Positions 26,387-36,214 of a stretch of DNA of 58,419 nucleotides are shown one piece after another (position 1 is the stretch's first letter; every line of letters starts with the position of its first letter). Both the position numbers and the translations under genes were made by a program. The notes under the pieces are model-generated. The model made no database searches and had not been told where the DNA came from. It saw only the letters and a list, made by a program, of their open reading frames with translations. The DNA comes from Candidatus Micrarchaeota archaeon. Its GTDB lineage: Archaea > Micrarchaeota > Micrarchaeia > Norongarragalinales > Norongarragalinaceae. The stretch covers positions 58,379-116,797 of the forward strand of contig CAZVVY010000003.1 of NCBI GenBank assembly GCA_964630975.1, in the 5' to 3' direction.

Positions 26387-28621
26387 TCACTTCTTCTTTT
26401 TCTTGCCCTTCTTTTTCGCGGGCTTTACCTTCTTTTCTTTTTCGGGCTTGTCTTCGACTTCTTCCTCGAATTTTTCGAGGCGCTCTTCGGCGATTGAATC
26501 GTCTTCAACGAATTGCTTCGGGGGTTGCAACGCGTTTTTTTCTTCTTGGATTCCCTTGCGCGCGTACCAAGCGTAAGCCGCGAACAACGCGATTAAAGCG
26601 ATTATTGCGAAGGGCAGCCAAGTGAACGGCTTTGGTTCGGGTGCCGCGACTTCGACTTCCACGGGGTCGGTCAATGAACCGGTCGAACTCGTCAACCGGA
26701 TTGGCACGCGCGCGCCCGCCTCGCCGTTGAAGGAGAGAACCATCGACTTTGATTCGCCGGGCTCCAAAGAAATCTTGGACGGCTGGGCCGCGAACCCTTG
26801 GCTCGCCGGCTTTACGCCGCTCACGGTCGAAGGCCCTTGGTTGGTTACGATTATTGAAACAACTACTTGGCGGTCTTCGGCGGGGCCGTAATACTCGACT
26901 CCGGAAACGCTGAAGTCGAGGGCTTCGTTGGAAGCCGTGACTTCGAGCGATGCGTTCACGCGAACGCTTTCGCCGTTCGCCGCCGTGGCGCGCAACTCGA
27001 AGCCGCGGGCTCCGGGTTCGGCGCCTGCCGGAGGCGAAAACATCACGGAGTAGGATGCCTCGCCTTTCGCGGGCACGTCTTGAGGCCCGGTTTCAACCGA
27101 GTGCCAGGAGGCGCCAAGGCCTTCCGCAAACAATCGGACTCCCCGCAACGCTTCCTCCTTGTCGTTTTGTACGCGCACCGTGAATTCGGCGGGGACGCCG
27201 GGCGCGGCCCGGAAGTATTTTTCGGTTATGGATAAGAAAGATTCTCCGGGGTACTCGCTTGAAACGAGTTCGACCGGGAGCGTGACGCGCTTTGCCAGGC
27301 GCGGCGAGCGTATCACGAGCTTGAAGTCGTATTCGCCGAGTTCGGGGGAAGTGTAAAGCGAAGTGCTCAAAACGAGTTCCACGTCGCGGGATTCGCCGGG
27401 GGTGAGCGAGAAAGTGGAGGGCACTGCTTGCACCAGCATTCCGGGAACGTCTTCCAGCTCTATTTGGTAGTCGTCTTCGAGCGAGCCCGTGTTGGTTACG
27501 GTGAAGGGAATGGTTTCAACGCGGCACCTCCTAACCGTGAAGTCGCCGGCGACGTCCACCGAAAAGTTTTCGACTCCGGAAACGTCGACGCAGAACGGCT
27601 CTTGGAAAACGGTGAAGCCGAGATAGGACAAGCCCAGCGAAAAATGGTAGCGGTCGAGGACTACGCCGGAGTCGGGGCTGATGGAAACCGTGAAGTATTG
27701 CTTGTCGCCTTCCACGACTTCGAAGAGGGTGGGCGAAACGGTTATGAATTCCAGCGCGTCGTCGGGGCCCTCGATGAAGACGTTGAAGGGGCCGTTGACT
27801 CGGCCGTCGTTGCGCACGCCGATTTCCCATTCTTCGGGCGAGCCGTGCTCGACGTCGATGCATTGGATTGGCTCGTTCAAGAGCTCCAAGTCGAGTTCCT
27901 TCGCGAAAACGCATAAGTGAAGCGGGACGAAGTATTCTTCTTCACAGCACGAGCCGCCCAGAGTCGTGCGAACGCGTATGCTTGAATCGTAGAACCCGCC
28001 TGGGGTTCCCGCCGGAATTTGCACGAATGCCTTGACTTCGCGGTAGTCTTTTGCGGGCACGGTCAGCATCGAGGAAGAGAAGTGCGTCGACTCCTCGAAC
28101 GCGCCCTCCAATGAAATCTCGGCGTAACCCGTGTCGAACAAGTTGTTTTGTATGCGGACCGTGAATTCGAGGCGGTCGCCCGCCCAGCCCGAAGCGTTCA
28201 GGGTTTCGGGTTTCACGTTAATCGTGAACGGCTCTTCCACGTCCCCGCTTTGCGGGGAGAGCGCGGTAAGGGACAAGCCGAGCGAGTCACACGCTTCGAA
28301 GCCGTAGCCCGAGGAAACGTCGAGGGACAGCGAGTACTCGCCTTGCGATTCGGGAGCCGCCAAGAGGTTGAAGGAAGTGCTTTCCGTGGGCTCGAGTTCG
28401 GCGTAAGAGGGCTGCGGGTCGAAGGAGCAGGAGACGCCGGACGGGCAGGATGCGTAAAGGGAAACGAATTGTTTTCCGAGTCCCGTGTTCGTCAAGGTTA
28501 CGGGGTAGGCCGCGGTTTCGCCCGCTTCAATTGCAACCGAATCTATTACGGAAACGTCCAAGTATTCGCAGGACGCCGCTGCCAGCGACGCCAACAATAA
28601 AACGGCCAGAATCTTCTTCAT
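26387..28621 (-). CDS. Secreted membrane-anchored protein with tandem Ig-like (NEW3/CARDB-like) repeats
   Basis: Signal peptide MKKILAVLLLASLAAA; repeats with the pattern y.v.v.N.G.....f.l.....p......P....l.pge; C-terminal TM followed by an acidic/Lys-rich tail. Confidence 0.8.
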   Translation of the reverse strand: MKKILAVLLLASLAAASCEYLDVSVIDSVAIEAGETAAYPVTLTNTGLGKQFVSLYASCPSGVSCSFDPQPSYAELEPTESTSFNLLAAPESQGEYSLSLDVSSGYGFEACDSLGLSLTALSPQSGDVEEPFTINVKPETLNASGWAGDRLEFTVRIQNNLFDTGYAEISLEGAFEESTHFSSSMLTVPAKDYREVKAFVQIPAGTPGGFYDSSIRVRTTLGGSCCEEEYFVPLHLCVFAKELDLELLNEPIQCIDVEHGSPEEWEIGVRNDGRVNGPFNVFIEGPDDALEFITVSPTLFEVVEGDKQYFTVSISPDSGVVLDRYHFSLGLSYLGFTVFQEPFCVDVSGVENFSVDVAGDFTVRRCRVETIPFTVTNTGSLEDDYQIELEDVPGMLVQAVPSTFSLTPGESRDVELVLSTSLYTSPELGEYDFKLVIRSPRLAKRVTLPVELVSSEYPGESFLSITEKYFRAAPGVPAEFTVRVQNDKEEALRGVRLFAEGLGASWHSVETGPQDVPAKGEASYSVMFSPPAGAEPGARGFELRATAANGESVRVNASLEVTASNEALDFSVSGVEYYGPAEDRQVVVSIIVTNQGPSTVSGVKPASQGFAAQPSKISLEPGESKSMVLSFNGEAGARVPIRLTSSTGSLTDPVEVEVAAPEPKPFTWLPFAIIALIALFAAYAWYARKGIQEEKNALQPPKQFVEDDSIAEERLEKFEEEVEDKPEKEKKVKPAKKKGKKKKK

Positions 28622-28833
28622 GACTATAATACTGTTCGCCTGCATTATTAAAAAGCATTGAAGGGGCGGTTTCAAAAGAAAAAACCGCAAAAAAGAAGGA
28701 TTTAAAAAGGTTCCACAATAGAATAATAGGGAACGGTCGGGTTAAGCGCGTGATTAGGGATTACGATGTTTTAGTCAAGGGCATCTTTCCCTAAGGGCCC
28801 GCCGGTTCGCGGTACACCGGTGAATGAAGGATT

Positions 28834-29070
28834 ATGGGTTTCAAACACTTTTTATTGCCAGAGGCCTCCGTAGTCGAAGACGAGAAGGCCTTGTTGAAGA
28901 AGCTCTCGTTGGGAGACAAGGAATTACTGCCTAAAATACTTGTCGACGACGAAGCCGCCAAGGAACTGGGCTGTGAGCCCGGCCAAGTAATCGAGTTCAA
29001 GTCGAAGAACCCGGCGAGCGGCGCCGAGGAAACTTCGTACAGGCTCGTAATCGAAGGGGGACGAAAGTAA
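28834..29070 (+). CDS. rpoH: RNA polymerase subunit H (Rpo5)
   Basis: H.L.P...LPKI...D......G.VI......YRLV. Confidence 0.95.
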   Translation: MGFKHFLLPEASVVEDEKALLKKLSLGDKELLPKILVDDEAAKELGCEPGQVIEFKSKNPASGAEETSYRLVIEGGRK

Positions 29071-30533
29071 TGTACCGCGAAATAACCAGGGAGTACTTGA
29101 AGTCCAACAGCTTGGTAAAACAATACTTGGATTCGTTCGACGTGTTCGTCGAAGAAGGAATGCAGCGCGTAGCCGACTCGCAACAAGTAATCGAGCCCAG
29201 CATAGACGATTATTACATCAAGCTTGGCCGCATTAGAATGGAGAAGCCCACGGTCGTGGAAGCCGACGGCTCGAGGAACACGCTGACCCCGGCCGAGGCG
29301 AGAATGCGCGACCTCACTTATTCCGCGCCGTTGTTCCTTGAAATGACTCCCGTCGAAAAAGGCGTGGATAAAAAAGTGCTAGACGTTTACATCGGCCAGC
29401 TCCCGCTAATGCTGAAGAGCAAGCACTGCGTTTTGAGCGGCAAAAGCGACGAGGAACTGCGCAAAATGGGCGAGGACCCCCTCGACCCCGGCGGGTACTT
29501 CATCATCAACGGCACCGAAAAAAGCTTGATGACCCTCGAAGACCTGGCCGCCAACCGCATAATGGTTTCCAAGAACAAGGACAAAAACCTCGTCCAAGCA
29601 AAAGTTTTTTCCACGCGCCTCGGCTTCCGCGGAAGGTGCACGGTCGACCGAAAAAAGGAAGGCCAAATCGGGGTAAGCATGCCTTCGTACAGCAAGTCCT
29701 TGGAGTTGGCGCTGGTTTTGCGTGCCCTGGGTTTGAGCTCCGACGAAAAGATTATGGATGCCTTCCCGGATTCCAAGCACATCCGCAACGACTTGTTGCT
29801 CAACCTCGAAATGGACGAGTCGGGAAGCAAGAAGAAGGCGCTCGAAACAATAGGCAAGCGCGCGGCTCCCGGCCAACCCGTGGAATACCAGTTGAAGCGC
29901 GCCGACTTGTTGTTGGATAGGTACTTGTTGCCCCACATCGGCGTGGAAAGCGGCGACCGCCTTGCAAAAGCGTTTTACGTGTGCAGGATGGCTGAAAGAA
30001 CCATTCTCGTCGCCAACAAGAAGCGCGCCGTGGACGACAAGGACCATTACGCCAACAAGCGCTTGAAGATAGGCGGCAAGTTGATGGAGGAATTGTTCAG
30101 GTACGCCTTCCAATTCTTCGTGAAGGACGTGGCTTACCAGACCGAGCGCGCCAACGTGCGCGGCAGGCAAATGAGCTTGTTCGCAATCGTGCGCCCGGAC
30201 GCCTTGACCGACCGCATTCGTTATTCGATGGCGACAGGCAACTGGGTGGGCGGCCACACGGGCGTGTGCCAGGTAATCGACCGCCACAACCACATCGCGA
30301 CCACTTCGTTCCTCAAGCGCGTTACTTCGCCGCTCGCCAAGAAGCACCCGCATTACAAGGCGCGCGACTTGCACGGCACTCACTGGGGGCGCCTCGACCC
30401 AAACGAAACGCCTGAAGGCCCGAATTGCGGCCTCATCCGCAACCTCGCCTTGATGTGCGAGGTTACCACGCGCTCGGACGAAAGCGCGGTTGAAAAAGAA
30501 CTCAAGAAAATGGGGGTTTCGATGAAGTTATGA
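29070..30533 (+). CDS. rpoB2: RNA polymerase subunit B'' (Rpo2 N-half)
   Basis: P.EAR.RDLTYSAP, DPGGYFIINGTEK, DDKDHYANKRL, HWGR..P.ETPEG.NCGL. Confidence 0.97.
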   Translation: MYREITREYLKSNSLVKQYLDSFDVFVEEGMQRVADSQQVIEPSIDDYYIKLGRIRMEKPTVVEADGSRNTLTPAEARMRDLTYSAPLFLEMTPVEKGVDKKVLDVYIGQLPLMLKSKHCVLSGKSDEELRKMGEDPLDPGGYFIINGTEKSLMTLEDLAANRIMVSKNKDKNLVQAKVFSTRLGFRGRCTVDRKKEGQIGVSMPSYSKSLELALVLRALGLSSDEKIMDAFPDSKHIRNDLLLNLEMDESGSKKKALETIGKRAAPGQPVEYQLKRADLLLDRYLLPHIGVESGDRLAKAFYVCRMAERTILVANKKRAVDDKDHYANKRLKIGGKLMEELFRYAFQFFVKDVAYQTERANVRGRQMSLFAIVRPDALTDRIRYSMATGNWVGGHTGVCQVIDRHNHIATTSFLKRVTSPLAKKHPHYKARDLHGTHWGRLDPNETPEGPNCGLIRNLALMCEVTTRSDESAVEKELKKMGVSMKL

Positions 30534-32338
30534 AGACCAGTGTTTTCCTTAACGGAAGGTTTACCGGGTTCCACGACGACGGCGAAACCCTAGTCGAAGA
30601 ACTCCGCAAGAAGAGGCGCGAGGGCGCACTCGACCCCGAAGTCAACGCCGCGTATTACCCTCACACCAACGAAGTGTTCGTGAACAGCAACGAGGGCCGC
30701 GCCAGGCGCCCCCTCATCGTGGTTGAAAAAGGCAAGTCCTTGCTCACGCAGGAGCACGCCGACCGCGTACGCAAAGGCGAGTTGAAGTGGGCGGACTTGG
30801 TTAAGAACGGCGTAATCGAGTTCCTTGACTCCGAGGAAGAAGAGAACGCGCTCGTCGCCTTGAAGGAAGAAGAATTGACTGAAGACCACACGCACCTCGA
30901 AATAGACGCCTCCAACATTCTCGGCTACGCTTCTTCCCAAATACCTTTCCCCGAATACAACATGGCTCCCCGCGTCCTCATGGCGGCCCAGCACACCAAG
31001 CAAAGCCTGGGCTTGTACGCCGCCAACTATAATTTGCGCACGGACACGCGCGCCCACTTGCTTTACTACCCTCAACAACCCTTGATTCAAACCGATGTTT
31101 ACCGCGAAGTCGACAATTACAAGCGGTCGAGCGGCCAAAACTTCGTGGTCGCCGTAATGACTTACGAGGGCTTCAACACAAACGACGCAATCGTGCTCAA
31201 CAAGAACGCGATAGAGCGATCCCTTGGGCGAAGCGCTTTCTTCCGCACTTATTCGGCTAGCGAGTCGCGTTACCCGGGGGGGCAGCGCGACAAGTTCTGC
31301 ATTCCGGACGCCACCGTACAAAATTACCTCGGCGAAGAAGCGTATGCCGCGCTCGACGAGGACGGCACGGTTTCACCCGAAACGGTCGTCAAAAAGAACA
31401 GCGTGTTAATCGGCCGAACTTCTCCCCCGCGCTTCCTCAAGGAAATAAGCGCGCTCGACATGGAAGTCGAGAAGAGGCGCGAGAGCTCTGAAATGTCGCG
31501 CGGAAACGAGGACGGAATCGTGGACGCCGTAATGGTGGCCAAGAACACGTCGGGCAACAAGATAGTCAAGGTGCGCGTGCGCAACACGAACATCCCCGAA
31601 ATAGGAGACAAGTTCGCTTCGCGATTCGGCCAAAAAGGAGTTATTTCCCTTCTCGTGCCCCAGGAAGACCTGCCGTTCACGCGCGAGGGAATAGTTCCCG
31701 ACTTGATAATCAATCCCCACGCAATTCCCGGCCGTATGACTGCGGGCCACCTCCTCGAAATGTTGGGGGGCAAGGCGTGTTCTCTCAGCGGCAGGGTCGG
31801 TAACGGCACGGCGTTCTCCGGCGACAAGCAGGCGGACTTCGAAAAAGAGTTGGAAGCCGCCGGGTTCGAGCAAACTGGCAAGGAAGTGTTGTACGACGGC
31901 AAGACCGGCAAAAAACTTTACGCAAAAATTTACTTGGGCGTCATTTACTACCAGCGCCTCCACCACCTCGTCAACCTCAAGATGCACGCGCGCTCGCGCG
32001 GCCCCACGCAAATGCTTACGCACCAGCCCACCGAGGGAAGGGCGCGCGAAGGAGGCCTGCGCCTCGGGGAAATGGAGCGCGACTGCTTCATCGGCTACGG
32101 CGCCGCATCCTTGTTGAAGGAGAGAATGATTGACTCCAGCGACAAGACGTACATACACGTTTGCACGAAGTGCGGCAGCCTCGGCTATTACGACCGCATC
32201 AAGAACAAACCCAAATGCGATTTCTGCAATTCCACTTCGATAGAGCGCGTTGAAATGAGTTATGCGTTCAAGTTGTTGCTCGACGAAATAAAGAGCACGG
32301 GTATAAGGCCCAAACTGTCTTTGAGGGAGCGCGGATGA
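30530..32338 (+). CDS. rpoB1: RNA polymerase subunit B' (Rpo2 C-half)
   Basis: GDKFASR.GQKG, PDLIINPHA.P.RMT, GGLRLGEMERD, C-terminal Zn finger. Confidence 0.97.
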   Translation: MKTSVFLNGRFTGFHDDGETLVEELRKKRREGALDPEVNAAYYPHTNEVFVNSNEGRARRPLIVVEKGKSLLTQEHADRVRKGELKWADLVKNGVIEFLDSEEEENALVALKEEELTEDHTHLEIDASNILGYASSQIPFPEYNMAPRVLMAAQHTKQSLGLYAANYNLRTDTRAHLLYYPQQPLIQTDVYREVDNYKRSSGQNFVVAVMTYEGFNTNDAIVLNKNAIERSLGRSAFFRTYSASESRYPGGQRDKFCIPDATVQNYLGEEAYAALDEDGTVSPETVVKKNSVLIGRTSPPRFLKEISALDMEVEKRRESSEMSRGNEDGIVDAVMVAKNTSGNKIVKVRVRNTNIPEIGDKFASRFGQKGVISLLVPQEDLPFTREGIVPDLIINPHAIPGRMTAGHLLEMLGGKACSLSGRVGNGTAFSGDKQADFEKELEAAGFEQTGKEVLYDGKTGKKLYAKIYLGVIYYQRLHHLVNLKMHARSRGPTQMLTHQPTEGRAREGGLRLGEMERDCFIGYGAASLLKERMIDSSDKTYIHVCTKCGSLGYYDRIKNKPKCDFCNSTSIERVEMSYAFKLLLDEIKSTGIRPKLSLRERG

Positions 32339-32787
32339 AGAAGAAACACGTCGGGCTGTTAACGGCCGCAAAGTACGGCGCCGCACTCTACGCATTCCAA
32401 CTCGTAACGCGCCTGCTCGCGGCTTACGCGGGCCTGACTCAAACGATAATCGGTTTCGCAGGCGGGCTGCAGGCGGTCGACGCCGCGTACTACGTTGCGG
32501 CACTCGCCGCGGGGGGGCTGCTTTCCCGCGAAGCAAGAAAGAAAAAGTTGAATCAAACCGGCGTCCTGTTGCTCGCCGCTTCAGCGGCATTCGTCACGGG
32601 TTTGCTGGGCGCGCTCAACCCGTTGTTTTACTCGCTGGCGTTCCCGTTGCCCGCTTCCACGGGGGGATTGGGAGCGTTGTTGTCGAACCCGGCTTACTGG
32701 GTTTACTCGGTGGGCTACGGGTTCGTTGTCGCAGCCGTGCTGTTGTGCGTTGGCGCATTGATTGAAAGGTTGGTGAAAAGGAAATGA
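32335..32787 (+). CDS. Hypothetical 4-TM membrane protein inside the RNA polymerase operon
   Basis: Hydrophobic helices; 4-nt start/stop overlaps with both rpoB' and rpoA. Confidence 0.7.
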   Translation: MKKKHVGLLTAAKYGAALYAFQLVTRLLAAYAGLTQTIIGFAGGLQAVDAAYYVAALAAGGLLSREARKKKLNQTGVLLLAASAAFVTGLLGALNPLFYSLAFPLPASTGGLGALLSNPAYWVYSVGYGFVVAAVLLCVGALIERLVKRK

Positions 32788-35700
32788 AGAGCGTTGACTC
32801 CATTGAATTCTCGATTTTCAGCCCGGACAACATCCGGGAGATGAGCTCTTGCAAGGTAACCATTCCCGACACTTACGACGAGGACGGATACCCCATCCAA
32901 AACGGTCTCGCCGACCAGCGCCTCGGCGTAATAGACCCGGGCCTCAAGTGCCGCACGTGCGGCAACAGGATGAAGAATTGCCCGGGGCACTTCGGCCACA
33001 TCGAGCTCGTGCGCCCGGTAGTCCACGCCAGCTTCGGCAAACTCGTCTACCACTTGTTGAAGGGCACGTGCCGAAAGTGCGGCCGCATACTCAACGACAA
33101 GAACACTTACCAAAAGATTTACTCGGCCAAGAAGTGCCCGTTTTGCGGCGAAGAACAACGCAAAATCAAGTTCATCAAGCCCACTACTTTCCTCGAGGAA
33201 AAGCGCAAGCTATTGCCCAACGAAATCAGGGAGCGAATGGAACGCGTTCCCGACGCGGACCTCAGGCAAATGAACGTTAACCTGCGCCCCGAAAACCTGG
33301 TGCTCACCGCACTCATAGTCGCCCCCGTAACCGTGCGCCCCTCCATCACCCTGGAAACCGGAGAGCGCTCGGAAGACGACTTGACGCACAAGCTCGTAGA
33401 CATCCTCCGCATCAACCAACGCCTCGAAGAAAACATTAATGCGGGCGCCCCCCAACTCATCATAGAAGACTTGTGGGAACTCCTCCAATACCACGTAACC
33501 ACTTACTTCAACAACGAAACCACGGGCATTCCCCCCGCGCGCCACCGCTCGGGAAGGCAACTCAAAACACTGTTCCAGCGCCTGAAAGGCAAGGAAGGCC
33601 GCTTCCGCTACAACTTGTCCGGGAAGCGCGTCAACTTCAGCGCGCGCACCGTCATCTCGCCGGACCCGCGCCTCAGCATCAACCAAATCGGCGTTCCCCT
33701 CGACATCGCCAACGAGCTCACGCTACCCGTAAGCGTAACCGAGTGGAACCTCGAAAAAATGAGGGAATTCATTCGCGCGCACCCCGAAAAAATCAATTAC
33801 ATTATTCGGGCGGACAACCGCCGCAAGAAGCTCACCGAACTCAACATGGACGAAGTCGTCGAAGAACTCGCACCGGGTTACCGCATCGAGCGCACGATGA
33901 TGGACGGTGACAGAGTGATATTCAACCGGCAGCCCTCGCTCCACCGCGTCAGCATGATGTGCCACACCGTAAAAGTGTTGCCCGGCAAGACGTTCCGCTT
34001 CAACATCTGTGACTGCCCGCCCTACAACGCGGACTTCGACGGAGACGAAATGAACGTGCACTTCCCGCAAAACGAGGAAGCCCAAGCCGAAGCCGAAATA
34101 CTGATGCAAGTGCAAAACCAAGTGCTTTCCCCGCGCCACGGCAACCCCATCATCCAACTCGAACTCGACCAAATAACCGGAGTATACCTAATCACTCAGC
34201 CCGACGTAAGCATTCCCCGCGAAGACGCTTTCGACATCCTTTCCGCGGCGGGCGTAACCGCCGAAATAACCAAGAAAACGGTTACCGGCAGCGAAGTCTA
34301 CTCGTTCCTATTACCCGAAAAAATGAGTTTGGAAGAGAAAAACGGGCAAGGCAAACAAGTCGTAATCAAAGCAGGCAAGCTCAAGCAGGGCGCAGTCGAC
34401 TCCAAAGTCGGAAGAAAAATAATCAAAACCATTTTCACTGAGTTCGGCGCGGACGCCGCCCGAAAATACATTGACGGGACCAGCCAGGCGAGCACCCGCT
34501 TCATGACCAAGTACGGCTTCTCGCTCGGCCTCGAAGAATACGATATCCCCGAACAAGCCAAAAAAGAAATCAACGAATTATACGGGCAAGGCCGCAAGGA
34601 ACTCAATGACCTCGTAAAAGAACTGGCAAAAGGCAGCCTCAAGCAGTTACCCGGCAAGACCGTGCGGGAAACCTTCGAGGAAAAGGCGATGACCATCCTC
34701 GACAACGTGCGCCGCCTCACCTGGGGAATCATCAAGAAACACTTGAACACGCCGCCCGTCAACATCGCGGGCAGCCCCGTCAACCAAAACTCGGCAATAC
34801 TCATGGCGGACTCCGGAGGAAAAGGAAAGCCCATCAACGTAGTCCAAATGTGCGGTCTCGTCGGCCAACAAGCCGTACGCGGGAAGAGGCCTACCAGCGG
34901 CTACAACCGACGCCTCCTACCCCACTTCAAGCAACTCGATTTGGGAGACGAAGCCCGCGGGTTCGTGCACCACAATTACACGGGAGGCCTCAACCCCTTC
35001 GAATACTTCTTCCACGCCGCCGGAGGGCGCGATGCCGTAGTCGACAAGGGCGTCAACCCCGCAAAAACGGGTTACATGCAGCGCCGCCTCGTCAACGCCT
35101 TGCTGGACATAGTCGTTGAAAAAGACGGCAGCGCGCGCGACGCCGACGGAAACCTCATACAACCCTATTACAACAAGGGAGTCGACCCCAGCACCGGAAA
35201 AAGCGTTGCTTACGGAGAGCCCGCAGGAGTAGTCGCCGCGCAAAGCATCGGCGAACCCGGCACGCAAATGACGCTCCGAACGTTCCACTACGCGGGAGTC
35301 GCCTCGCTCGCACAACTCGGTTTCACCCGCCTCGTCGAACTCGTGGACGCCAGAAAAACGCCGAAAAAACCGGTAATGGAAATTCACTTGAAGAAAAAGT
35401 ACCGTGACTGGGACTCCGCAGCCAAGATAGCGGCGTCAATCGAGGAAGTAACCCTCGAAAAAATCGCGGACATCGACGAAGACTTCGACAAGAAAGTAGT
35501 GGTAATAGACCTCGACAAATCCAAGCTGCGCGAACGCGGCTTAACCGAACGCCAAGTCGAAAAAATGATTCAAGAAGTCCACCCCCAATACAAGAAGAAA
35601 GGTTCGCGCATAACCATCCGCTCCAAAAAGGACACCCTCAAAAACATCCGCAAAATGACGACCAAGCTCCGCGAACTCCACTTGAAGGGAATCGAAGGAA

Positions 35701-36179
35701 TCAAGAAGGCAATCCTCGTCAAGGACGCAAAAACCAAGGAAGTCAGCATTGCAACCAACGGCTCCAACCTCGAAGAAGTTTTCAAGCTCGAAGAAGTCGA
35801 CGCGAGCCAGACCAGCACCAACGACATACACGAAATCGGGCGCGTGCTCGGCATTCAAGCCGCGCGCAACTCCCTCATCCTCGAAGTAAGAAAGGTTTTG
35901 GACGCACAACACCTCGCAGTCGACCCCGCACACCTCACCCTCATCGCCGACGCAATGACGTTCAACGGCCAAGTCAAGAGCGTTGGCCGCCACGGGCTCG
36001 TCGGAAACAAGAAAAGCATTCTTGCGCGCGCATCCTTCGAGGAAACCGCGAAGCACTTGATTAACGCGTGCATAGCCAAAGGCACCGACGAATTGAAAGG
36101 GATGGCCGAAAACATCATGGTCGGCCAAACCATTCCGTGCGGAACCGGCAAAGTCGACTTGACCATGAAACTCGACTAA
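32784..36179 (+). CDS. rpoA: RNA polymerase largest subunit, A' and A'' in one polypeptide (1131 aa)
   Basis: C..CG.....CPGHFGHIEL, NADFDGDEMN, bridge helix GYMQRRL, then in the same frame AAQSIGEPGTQMTLRTFH and ARASFEE...GTG. Confidence 0.97.
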   Translation: MKSVDSIEFSIFSPDNIREMSSCKVTIPDTYDEDGYPIQNGLADQRLGVIDPGLKCRTCGNRMKNCPGHFGHIELVRPVVHASFGKLVYHLLKGTCRKCGRILNDKNTYQKIYSAKKCPFCGEEQRKIKFIKPTTFLEEKRKLLPNEIRERMERVPDADLRQMNVNLRPENLVLTALIVAPVTVRPSITLETGERSEDDLTHKLVDILRINQRLEENINAGAPQLIIEDLWELLQYHVTTYFNNETTGIPPARHRSGRQLKTLFQRLKGKEGRFRYNLSGKRVNFSARTVISPDPRLSINQIGVPLDIANELTLPVSVTEWNLEKMREFIRAHPEKINYIIRADNRRKKLTELNMDEVVEELAPGYRIERTMMDGDRVIFNRQPSLHRVSMMCHTVKVLPGKTFRFNICDCPPYNADFDGDEMNVHFPQNEEAQAEAEILMQVQNQVLSPRHGNPIIQLELDQITGVYLITQPDVSIPREDAFDILSAAGVTAEITKKTVTGSEVYSFLLPEKMSLEEKNGQGKQVVIKAGKLKQGAVDSKVGRKIIKTIFTEFGADAARKYIDGTSQASTRFMTKYGFSLGLEEYDIPEQAKKEINELYGQGRKELNDLVKELAKGSLKQLPGKTVRETFEEKAMTILDNVRRLTWGIIKKHLNTPPVNIAGSPVNQNSAILMADSGGKGKPINVVQMCGLVGQQAVRGKRPTSGYNRRLLPHFKQLDLGDEARGFVHHNYTGGLNPFEYFFHAAGGRDAVVDKGVNPAKTGYMQRRLVNALLDIVVEKDGSARDADGNLIQPYYNKGVDPSTGKSVAYGEPAGVVAAQSIGEPGTQMTLRTFHYAGVASLAQLGFTRLVELVDARKTPKKPVMEIHLKKKYRDWDSAAKIAASIEEVTLEKIADIDEDFDKKVVVIDLDKSKLRERGLTERQVEKMIQEVHPQYKKKGSRITIRSKKDTLKNIRKMTTKLRELHLKGIEGIKKAILVKDAKTKEVSIATNGSNLEEVFKLEEVDASQTSTNDIHEIGRVLGIQAARNSLILEVRKVLDAQHLAVDPAHLTLIADAMTFNGQVKSVGRHGLVGNKKSILARASFEETAKHLINACIAKGTDELKGMAENIMVGQTIPCGTGKVDLTMKLD

Positions 36180-36214
36180 AAACCGCCGACATCCTTTTAT
36201 TTTCCTAACGCATA

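Noticed and set aside
23782-36179. Inteins in polB or the RNA polymerase subunits
   Set aside because: Protein lengths are normal or short, and no C/S...HN splice motifs interrupt the conserved blocks.
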